From positions 1-15,655 of the forward strand of contig DXJL01000079.1 in the NCBI GenBank assembly GCA_019057635.1: 15,655 nucleotides of DNA, written 5' to 3'. The stretch is from Candidatus Heimdallarchaeota archaeon. GTDB lineage: Archaea; Asgardarchaeota; Heimdallarchaeia; Hodarchaeales; Hodarchaeaceae. This document shows, piece by piece, positions 8,005-15,654 of the stretch; position 1 is the first letter of the stretch; each line of letters starts with the position of its first letter. The position numbers and the translations under genes were made by a program. The notes below the pieces were generated by a model. The model made no database searches, had not been told where the DNA came from, and was given only the letters and a program-made list of their open reading frames with translations.

Positions 8005-8700
8005 GTGAGTATTGATGTTAAATCCTTATCTGTGCTTATCAATTCCATTGTTGAACTAGGAGCAAAAATTTGTGTTCTTTCTGATATGTCTGGCTTACCA
8101 ATGGTAACCCAATCGAGTTTAAAATCAGAGGATGCTGACAGTGAAACTGCTCTCAGTGCTCTAAGCAGTTTAGTTGTTCCTACTGGAGATACAATAGCAC
8201 GAGAGCTGTCAGGGGATTTTGTGAATATGAGTGTAAGGACTACGGGAGGTTTACTTCTTTCAACTGTTATCGATTCTGATCCTAAAGTTGTTTTAACAGC
8301 AATCGTCGATGAGAACTTAGAAACAACGATAACTCATGAAATGCTAAGATTACAGCCTATAATTTCAAATGCTATCGTTGGAATTGCCACTGAAATCAAC
8401 GATAGGCAATCGCTTGAAGGTCCTGATCAAAGAAAAGTAACGGTTTTTTTTGATTCATTTCTTTCTAAAGTTAATAATGCAATCACCTCCCAAGATTTAA
8501 TCAGTATCATCCGTGCAGCGAAAGAAGATCTCTACACCCTCGTTAATTCAGGTACAATTTCATATGAAATGAATCGTTATGTACAGAGCTTGCAAAAAGA
8601 TGTCCAAAACAAGGCATCAAACCCTGAATCGGTTTTAAAAATCAAAAAAGAGATCATTCAATCAGTATCTGATTGGAAAACTCGTTTAAGCACTAGTTAA
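8005..8700 (+). CDS. Roadblock/LC7 (LAMTOR2/MglB-like) domain protein with C-terminal helical domain
   Basis: The N-terminal ~120 aa follow the Roadblock pattern: GAKICVLSDMSGLPM, ALSALSSLV..TGDTIAREL, MSVRTTGGLLL, VVLTAIV. About 95 helical residues follow. GTG start, with an in-frame TAG just upstream at 7990-7992. Confidence 0.8.
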   Translation: MSIDVKSLSVLINSIVELGAKICVLSDMSGLPMVTQSSLKSEDADSETALSALSSLVVPTGDTIARELSGDFVNMSVRTTGGLLLSTVIDSDPKVVLTAIVDENLETTITHEMLRLQPIISNAIVGIATEINDRQSLEGPDQRKVTVFFDSFLSKVNNAITSQDLISIIRAAKEDLYTLVNSGTISYEMNRYVQSLQKDVQNKASNPESVLKIKKEIIQSVSDWKTRLSTS

Positions 8701-9052
8701 ATGAGATATTACTCTTTTATTTCTTTAAAATACTTTCAATAATCATAGATCAACCAGAAATGGAAATAATGTTATTTTAAGCTCTAACTAGAGCTTGGAC
8801 AAATGATTTCAATGCTTGTTACTAATAATTATTATTTTCACTGATATAGTTAGCACCTATCATACAATATCATCATGACGGTAGTGAAAGCTACTAGACA
8901 TTTATCCTCTTATCAAAAATTCAGAGAGTAACTTTACCAAAGATATTTTTAGTTACGAAATAAAAAAAGAAGATTGTCGGTTTTATTTTAAGAAAAACGG
9001 GAATGTGTAATATAAGAAAATTTATAATTGAGTAAGTATATGGTCTATATAA

Positions 9053-9139
9053 GAAAGGAAAGGCTTAATTCGTTATATTCCCCTTCATGATTAACGCAAA
9101 TCCGCCTTCCTTTCACCTTTTCTCAAAAAAATTTTTTTT
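9053..9139 (+). ncRNA. Candidate small structured RNA
   Basis: GAAAGGAAAGGC (9053-9064) pairs with GCCTTCCTTTC (9104-9114), with an inner CGTTA/TAACG helix. A purine-rich BRE plus TTTATAA lies at 9014-9027 and a T8 run at 9132-9139. Confidence 0.35.
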
Positions 9140-9291
9140 CTTAAGCCTTGATGAAGAATTATATATTTCCCCCTCCCTGTAATACTTGATATTCGAATCA
9201 TGAAATTCCAAGAATTTCTTCTATTCCAATATATGAGAATTCGCCTTATTATTGCACTACTCTTAATTTTAAAAATCGATTATTGGTTATC

Positions 9292-9987
9292 TTACTCTGC
9301 ACTTAGCCCCATCAAAAAATTCATCACTGCATTAGCATTCTCGGCAGTTTCCTTCTGAATCCCACATTTATCACAAACTGAATATTCTAACTGTTTCTTT
9401 TTGCCCCAATAAAGAATATTATAATTACCCTGTGAAAAAAGATTACCACATTCGCATACATCATCTGGTTTGTCTTTAAAAGAAGTTTCTATCTGTTTTA
9501 TCTGTCCAATAGCCTTCCGTAGGTAGATCGTAGGATTTCCAATTTTGTGAATAGATGATGATTCAAAACGGGTCTCTAAAAATGTTAATTTTTCAATATT
9601 CTTATATTCATTCAAATAATTGGGAGTTAGGAAAGATGGGGTAAAAATACCGTTTGTCACAAATATTATATGGATTCCTTCCGTTCCTGATTCGTTGAGA
9701 GTTGAGAGACTTTCATTGAAAGCATAATCGTCTGGAAAATGAGCAATTAATTCAGCAGCTTGAATCACCTTTACATAAGTCTTCCTACTTTCTTGATCGA
9801 GTGTTAGAATATCTGCCGTTTCTCCATCAATAAGAGATAGAAGAGGTTTTATATCATTTCGTGATGCAAGCGGAGTTTCTGTTCGAGAATGTGCATGATG
9901 TGCTATGCGATGTTCATTAGTTTTCAGATAATCAATTATGACTCTTAAATGTAAAAAACGTGTATGGTTATCCCTAGTGTGGCTCAT
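9292..9987 (-). CDS. Hypothetical protein with C-terminal zinc ribbon; possible degenerate PD-(D/E)XK fold
   Basis: 231-aa ORF with a CECG...CDKCG cysteine cluster. ADILTLD-x5-TYVKV and IIFVTNGIFTPS resemble restriction-endonuclease (Mrr-like) core elements. Confidence 0.7.
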   Translation of the reverse strand: MSHTRDNHTRFLHLRVIIDYLKTNEHRIAHHAHSRTETPLASRNDIKPLLSLIDGETADILTLDQESRKTYVKVIQAAELIAHFPDDYAFNESLSTLNESGTEGIHIIFVTNGIFTPSFLTPNYLNEYKNIEKLTFLETRFESSSIHKIGNPTIYLRKAIGQIKQIETSFKDKPDDVCECGNLFSQGNYNILYWGKKKQLEYSVCDKCGIQKETAENANAVMNFLMGLSAE

Positions 9988-10062
9988 CTAACTCCATTCC
10001 ATTTATTCATTAAGTGGTAGATCCAGTTAATAGACATTCCGAGTAATACTCTTTTGGGGGAG

Positions 10063-10093
10063 TTTATAAATTGAGGGGAATTCCTCACAATTT
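10063..10093. promoter_or_regulatory. Divergent promoter: palindromic TATA box with abutting 26-bp palindrome
   Basis: TTTATAAA at 10063-10070. AAATTGAGGGGAA/TTCCTCACAATTT at 10068-10093 has 11/13 complementary positions. It lies between divergent starts 9987 and 10137. Confidence 0.5.
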
Positions 10094-10136
10094 AATCAAT
10101 TTTCTTATTTTCTAATTATAGTTTAAGTGGAAATTT

Positions 10137-11303
10137 ATGCGAACATCAAACTCCCCAAACCGAATATTAGTAATAGGTAGAGAAAACGGTCCTATTACTC
10201 AATTATTGAAATTAAATCTTAAAAATACTAAAATAGGTTCTGTAGATGTTCTAGGCAATATGGAAACAAGAAAATATTCCGAATGGAAATTCTCTGTAAA
10301 AAAACAGGTCCCTGATAGCTCACTTGATCGGAAAAAAAGGAAGACTACTGTAGATTTACTGTATGAGCTTGCAGTAATCATGCTCGAGGAACAAAAATTC
10401 GATCAGGTAATTCCCTTGGCACCATTTCATAAACATCCACACTTAGTAAAACAGCTCAGAAACGCATGTAAAATCCCATTATCGAACCAAAAATCCTTAG
10501 AAATCTCATCTTCTGATTTTGTATTTATTAATCATCTAATTGACGAATTTACTCATTTATCTTCATTTTACAAACAAGTAGAAGCTAATGGAGTATTAGA
10601 AAAAGATAGTGAAGGATTAGTTGTTACGGATGTGAATAGATTTCTTATCACAAAGGAAACCAAGCATAAGGGGAGAAAAGATCTAGGAGGAAAAGGATAT
10701 TTCTTACCTTTCAACGACATACACTGTGCAGGCTTTTTTTCTTCTTCTGAATTAACAAAATTCCTTGGCTTTCAAACCCTGAAACCACCAGACGGGCACG
10801 AATTTTTTCATAAAGACCTTGAAAAAAATTCTTATTACCCGTTCGTTGAAAATCCTCTTATCACGTCTGGTATATCAACGTTAACTTGTGTTATTCAACA
10901 GCTCAAGTTAGTTGGTTTAATAACTATATTTTTTGGTGTAATTGAAAATCAAATTGTACCTTTCTCTTGTAACACCTTACCTGATGAGAACATAGATCTG
11001 TGGATGAAAAAGACATATGATAAAATTACCCCTCATCTTGTGAAGTATGTCAAAAATCCGGATACATTCACAAAGAATCCTTTATTTGGATATAAAACTC
11101 CGCTTTATCCTTCAAAATTATTTATAGTGCCTGAAATACCCCCTGAATTGGCTACTCAACGAAATTTACCAGGAATTTCGGCCCACAATGATCATCCTAT
11201 CTGTGCAATTTGTTGTACCTCAAATTCTTTTCAAAATGTAAGAAGAGAGATGTTAAAAAAAAGAGAGAGAGTACAAGGGATTCTCGATGGAATCAATCTG
11301 TAA
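10137..11303 (+). CDS. Divergent ATP-grasp-fold protein (COG2232-like), probably lacking catalytic residues
   Basis: N-terminal ILVIG..NGPI...IGSVDVLGNME, central LKLVGLITIFF...IVPFSCNTL and C-terminal PG.....HPICAI line up by eye with the archaeal COG2232 layout. Confidence 0.65.
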   Translation: MRTSNSPNRILVIGRENGPITQLLKLNLKNTKIGSVDVLGNMETRKYSEWKFSVKKQVPDSSLDRKKRKTTVDLLYELAVIMLEEQKFDQVIPLAPFHKHPHLVKQLRNACKIPLSNQKSLEISSSDFVFINHLIDEFTHLSSFYKQVEANGVLEKDSEGLVVTDVNRFLITKETKHKGRKDLGGKGYFLPFNDIHCAGFFSSSELTKFLGFQTLKPPDGHEFFHKDLEKNSYYPFVENPLITSGISTLTCVIQQLKLVGLITIFFGVIENQIVPFSCNTLPDENIDLWMKKTYDKITPHLVKYVKNPDTFTKNPLFGYKTPLYPSKLFIVPEIPPELATQRNLPGISAHNDHPICAICCTSNSFQNVRREMLKKRERVQGILDGINL

Positions 11304-11580
11304 TTGCATTTTCCATTTCAGATTTCAAATAATTCAAAAGAGAATTTGAAATATCAGATTTTTTACGAATTTCTAACCAAATTGGAGTATATAAACCAAG
11401 TTCAACAGCCAATAGAAGATCTTTTTCAGTTTACTCTATTTTTTCAATAAATCCCGAATAAATACGAGAAACATTATTTTCATGGGAAATTCCTAAAAAA
11501 CTGGCCAATTCCGCATTCTTCTGATTTTCCAAAACTTTCCCCTTTGCTATTTCTCATTCAATCTCGCGTATTGGGGTCAT
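11293..11580 (-). pseudogene. HTH DNA-binding protein pseudogene with two in-frame stops
   Basis: 96 codons: MTPIREIE*EIAKGKVLENQKNAELASFLGISHENNVSRIYSGFIEKIE*TEKDLLLAVELGLYTPIWLEIRKKSDISNSLLNYLKSEMENAITD*. A GGTGA SD lies 4 nt before the ATG. Internal stops are TGA at 11556-11554 and TAA at 11433-11431. Confidence 0.65.
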
Positions 11581-11996
11581 TCTTTCACCAACCGATGTGT
11601 TTTGTCATTACTTGAGATTTCTTCATGTAATTGTGTGGAAAGATGTTTTAGATCCTTTATTCATACTTGTGTTTTAAATAACCTAATATTAGTGCAATAA
11701 GATTCTAATGTTAATTTTTCATCGGAATTAAGAAGAAAATCGTTTATCTAACATTTAATTCAATCTTGTTTTTAAACTGCCTACCCTTAATAAAGCCAAC
11801 ATCGTGTTTAAATGGCTTGTTACTGATATATTGAGAAAATTTAAATTTCTTCAATAAGAAATGAATCTCGAATGAAGAAAAAGAAACCAGAACATTGTAT
11901 TAATAATCAAAAAAACACACTATAAAGCAATTAAATGCAAAATAATAAGGAAATATTTAATAATCTGAACTAGTGGGGGGCCCTCAGTGAACAAAT

Positions 11997-12401
11997 GTGG
12001 CTGGAATGGAAATCTCACATACGTCTGCTAAAGATATGTTCAAAAAATGCAGTCCTGAACTTGCATTTCGATTCATTGGAAATCAGGGGAGAACAATCGC
12101 AACTATTACCAATTTGTCAGAATTAATATCTACTTTATCAGAAATTCCAGCAACAATAACGCAATTTCACGTTTTTAGAGAAACAACTAAGGATATTTTC
12201 GAGCCCCATTTGTTAGATGGGCCAGTTGTCCGTTCAGATCTTGCCTTATGGATCAATTACGTATTAGGTGACATAGAACTTTCTCGTAGAATTTATGATT
12301 TGGGTAAGACTGAAAAAAACGCAGAAAAATTAAGAAGAAAACTAATTACACTCCTTAAAGAACGTGAAAGAGAATTAATTGATTTTATTCGATCTTCTTA
12401 G
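11997..12401 (+). CDS. DUF5752-like protein
   Basis: Pattern AFRF...NLSELISTL.EIP.....FH...SDLALWINYVLGDIELSRRI matches my recollection of this family. Confidence 0.75.
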   Translation: MAGMEISHTSAKDMFKKCSPELAFRFIGNQGRTIATITNLSELISTLSEIPATITQFHVFRETTKDIFEPHLLDGPVVRSDLALWINYVLGDIELSRRIYDLGKTEKNAEKLRRKLITLLKERERELIDFIRSS

Positions 12402-12493
12402 AAATTTTTCAGTTGCTTCCCTCCTTCTGATAACTTTCAAAAAGGAGCAGTTTTTGTTGATCTATCAATAGTATTCTTAGTTACGGTGGCGTT

Positions 12494-13732
12494 ATGTCTT
12501 TTATTCGACGAATCTTTGGTGTAGATCCTCAAACAAACTTTGAAAAAGGAAAAATTGCCTTTGAAAAGAATAATTTTAAATCCGCGTTTAAATTTTTTCA
12601 AAAATCTTATCTACGATTTGACACGGAAGAAATGAATCTTTTAGCTCTCGATAATGCTGCTCTTTCAGCAGAAAAAGCAAAACTGTATGAAAATGCTGCT
12701 GAATTGTATTATCAACAGATGTTGAGAGTAACTGCAAAAAATAAACCGATTAAAGAAATATTTCAAAGCATTGATCGTGTTCTACAGATGATTCGTTTGA
12801 GTAAAAAGTCCAATATTCCACCAAACGAACTAAGATACATTCAATTTTTAATCTACCTTTCTGAGAAAGATTTTGAGAAATTAACCTCCATCTATGAATC
12901 GAATAAAAAATCCCTGACAGATTCCTATGGAAAAGCATTAGCTACAACTTGGACACTTATACAGTCCTCAGATACTTTCGTAGAACATGAATCACTACCT
13001 ACTACGACTATTCCAGAGGAATTTTCTAATTTCAAACTAAAAGCAGAGGAAATTATGCAACGATGTTCTCTCTGCAAATCAGAGCTGTTTGTAGGGGACA
13101 AAAGTCAGATAATAGAGAAAGGCTCTGAGTTTCAGCTCTCTTCAACTCTTACAGCCCATGCACCGATTTCAATCAAATCAATCTTCTTAAAAACTGGATC
13201 TCATGGAAGACTAATCTCAACTACCACACCCGAATTACCATTGAATCTCAGTACAGGAGAAAAATACACTATTAATTATTCATTAATTCCAAATTTACCT
13301 GGAAAATGGAAAATAGGCCCGTTAATTGTGACCTACGGAATTCCACATGAAGAAGGTGAATATCCAAGTAATTCAAACAAATTTCTAATTGAAGCTAAAG
13401 ACGCTGAACCTGCATTAAATCTTAACATGGAATCTGAGACTATAGAGGAAGATTCGGAATACTTGGTGACTGTAATTGTCGAGAATATTGGTAAAATATC
13501 TTTACAAAACACTCTCATAAAAATTGATATTCCTGAAGGAGCTAAGATCTCCCAAGGTACCGAAGAAAAGTTAATTAGCTCACTTGCGGAGGGGGAAACA
13601 TTTTCGTTTGAGATAGAAATTAAATTTGATCTAGAACAGACTCATTTTGATGGCCGAGTGATTAAAACACAATGTTTCATTGGTGAACAACATAGGCTAG
13701 CAAAAAGTTCAATAAAACTTGGCGGAAGATAA
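12494..13732 (+). CDS. Cytoplasmic protein with TPR/alpha-solenoid N-terminus and two Ig-like beta-sandwich domains
   Basis: TPR-like helices (FEKGKIAFEKNNFKSAFKFFQKS, AEKAKLYENAAELYYQ). Ig-like motifs LSTGEKYTINYSLIP..PGKWKIGP and VTVIVENIG...LAEGETFSFEIEI. GGTGG SD, no signal peptide. Confidence 0.75.
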   Translation: MSFIRRIFGVDPQTNFEKGKIAFEKNNFKSAFKFFQKSYLRFDTEEMNLLALDNAALSAEKAKLYENAAELYYQQMLRVTAKNKPIKEIFQSIDRVLQMIRLSKKSNIPPNELRYIQFLIYLSEKDFEKLTSIYESNKKSLTDSYGKALATTWTLIQSSDTFVEHESLPTTTIPEEFSNFKLKAEEIMQRCSLCKSELFVGDKSQIIEKGSEFQLSSTLTAHAPISIKSIFLKTGSHGRLISTTTPELPLNLSTGEKYTINYSLIPNLPGKWKIGPLIVTYGIPHEEGEYPSNSNKFLIEAKDAEPALNLNMESETIEEDSEYLVTVIVENIGKISLQNTLIKIDIPEGAKISQGTEEKLISSLAEGETFSFEIEIKFDLEQTHFDGRVIKTQCFIGEQHRLAKSSIKLGGR

Positions 13733-13792
13733 ATAAAATCCTCTATCGGTTAAGAAATGCTGTATTAAAGAGGGGGGAACCTTTGAGCTTGC

Positions 13793-14086
13793 TCACAATA
13801 CTTTTCTGAAAGAGTACATTTCACCCTTAATTTTATTAATATTAGCACAATATAATGTTTGTCTCATATCAGACAGACAGGGTCGTTTTTCGACATATTC
13901 ATCATCTAGAAGTCTTTTTAGAGCATATCGCACAGAACGAGTAGAACAAGAAACACGTGCTACAATTTCCTTGGAACTTACGGGCCCCTCTTCAAGAATT
14001 ACACTATATACTTTCCTGCATGAATTTGGAAGTTGTACTTCTTCAAGAGTAGTCTTAGCCATGGAATACTCATCCAGATTTTTCAC
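13793..14086 (-). CDS. Archaeal winged-helix (MarR/TrmB-like) transcriptional regulator
   Basis: LPNSCRKVYSVILEEGPVSSKEI...STRSVRYALKRL...DMRQTLY is typical of small archaeal wHTH proteins. Alternative ATG at 14062. Confidence 0.88.
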   Translation of the reverse strand: MKNLDEYSMAKTTLEEVQLPNSCRKVYSVILEEGPVSSKEIVARVSCSTRSVRYALKRLLDDEYVEKRPCLSDMRQTLYCANINKIKGEMYSFRKVL

Positions 14087-14181
14087 ATTTCGTTAATTTT
14101 TTTAAACCTCTTTTTCGTTTAAATAACCTTATGTTTAATGCAAGAATTTTTGGCAAAATTCGAAAAGGTAAATGACTGAAT

Positions 14182-15654
14182 TTATGTGGGTCGAAGACCC
14201 AATCGAGTGATGAACGTCGAATAGTAAGCAAAACAATCAACCGATTCCTTTTCACCCAAGGTAACTGATGAATGAACGATCCTATTCCGAAGATTTCTGA
14301 AATGTGCTATTTTTTTTTCATTAGGTAAGTCAAATCCACGTTTCCTTAATTCTACCACTTGGGTTTGAAAATCGGCTTTTGTTTGGGAATTTATGGAGCA
14401 TATTTGTAAGTATCTTGTAGATAAGAGATTTTTCACTGCTGCATCGGCTTTGATGACGAAGAGTTCGTAATTATGATTTTTAAAGGCATGTCTTGCTTGA
14501 TTCCAAAGGACTCTTACATAGTTTACACTTTTAGCAGCTTGGATTGGATCCATACTTAAGGAGGACATTGTGTTTTCTTCTGAATCCTCAAAATTTTGTA
14601 TTATATACGAGATTCGATTATGGACTTGGCTGTAAGTCATATATGAAGATCCATTGGTGAATAATACAATAATCAACAGTGAAATTGTTGGAATGGCTAA
14701 AAATAAAATCAAAGATGTCAGATTGGCAAAATATAGGGGGAGAAATTGTACTGAGAATAAAAGATAAGCCCCAATATTTAATGCATCAAATACAGATAGA
14801 CCTATTAGAACATAGACCCCCCACTCATATTTACGGTTAATACGTTTTGAAAAGACTAATGTTTCATTCTCAGAAGACTCAACAAAATTTAGAATGACAT
14901 GTGTTCGAAATGGAATGCTAGCAATATGAATTAAAATTGAGTCACTAGGTACTTCTTTGATATTGTAAATTCCTCTGAAACTGTTTCGAAAGATTTTGTA
15001 AGTATTTTGGATAGAGCTAGCAACATTCCATTGACTTACACGATACCACTTCCCTTTTGAATCAAGAAAAATTAGATAAACTGGAAGTACTATAATTATA
15101 CTAATCGTTAGAAGGATCGCAGAAACATTCCAAACAAAAGGCTGTGGTAAACGATATTCTAAGAATATTTGAAAAGTACCAACTGCATTGGATTCTGGTG
15201 TAACTCTTAAATAATAAATTCCAGTATCAAGCTTCTCTGAAATATTAATTTGACCGTCCCTATCTTCTTGCTCTTCACGGACGGTTAGTTTTGGCGATTG
15301 GCGACCTTCATCGAAGATCTCGACAATTGCATAATCCAATATTGTAGAAGTTGTTGTATTCAATTCAAATACACGGATGTCTACTAATGTTCGGCTTACG
15401 TTTACTTTAAACGTAAAATAATAGCGTTTTCTAGGAATAAATCCCTGATCTACGTTGATAGCGAAAGTTTGATTGTATGGTATCTCTAGTGCAGTTTTAA
15501 AATTGTATCCAGCTGTTTCAGCAGTGAAAGAAACATTATACTGCCCGATTGGAAAGCTTTTCTCTGCAGTATGAGTAATTTCCACAAAATAGGTATCAGT
15601 AGCGGGAGCATTCCAAGAGTAATTATATTTACTTTGTAAGATCTCAATTGGTAG
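14182..15654 (-). CDS. Multi-pass membrane protein with PPC-like beta-sandwich region and C-terminal HEPN-like domain (5' partial)
   Basis: The frame is open to the window end (LPIEILQSKYNYSWNAPATDTYFVEI...). PPC-like motifs WNAPATDTYFVEI and LDTGIYYLRV, three hydrophobic segments, and a C-terminal helical domain with RNLRNRIVH (R-x4-H at 14289-14272). Confidence 0.8.
   Translation of the reverse strand, partial: LPIEILQSKYNYSWNAPATDTYFVEITHTAEKSFPIGQYNVSFTAETAGYNFKTALEIPYNQTFAINVDQGFIPRKRYYFTFKVNVSRTLVDIRVFELNTTTSTILDYAIVEIFDEGRQSPKLTVREEQEDRDGQINISEKLDTGIYYLRVTPESNAVGTFQIFLEYRLPQPFVWNVSAILLTISIIIVLPVYLIFLDSKGKWYRVSQWNVASSIQNTYKIFRNSFRGIYNIKEVPSDSILIHIASIPFRTHVILNFVESSENETLVFSKRINRKYEWGVYVLIGLSVFDALNIGAYLLFSVQFLPLYFANLTSLILFLAIPTISLLIIVLFTNGSSYMTYSQVHNRISYIIQNFEDSEENTMSSLSMDPIQAAKSVNYVRVLWNQARHAFKNHNYELFVIKADAAVKNLLSTRYLQICSINSQTKADFQTQVVELRKRGFDLPNEKKIAHFRNLRNRIVHSSVTLGEKESVDCFAYYSTFITRLGLRPT

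Noticed and set aside
8809-8901. C/D box sRNA (ATGATGA on - strand at 8876-8870), SECIS or hammerhead
   Set aside because: No CTGA box D at the right spacing. The stem is too short for a SECIS and there is no selenoprotein candidate. The hammerhead core CTGATGA is absent.
10199-10381. 60-aa minus-strand ORF
   Set aside because: Antisense shadow within the ATP-grasp-like gene.
11554-11556. Selenocysteine or TGA recoding in the HTH frame
   Set aside because: A second in-frame stop (TAA) exists, there is no redox motif, and TGA terminates other genes here.
12750-13518. Minus-strand ORFs 12750..12938 and 13333..13518
   Set aside because: Antisense shadows within the TPR-Ig gene.
14070-14255. 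61-aa ORF bridging the HEPN and wHTH genes (possible antitoxin)
   Set aside because: It overlaps both neighbours out of frame, has no MNT or other motif, and its basic composition reflects the A-rich spacer.
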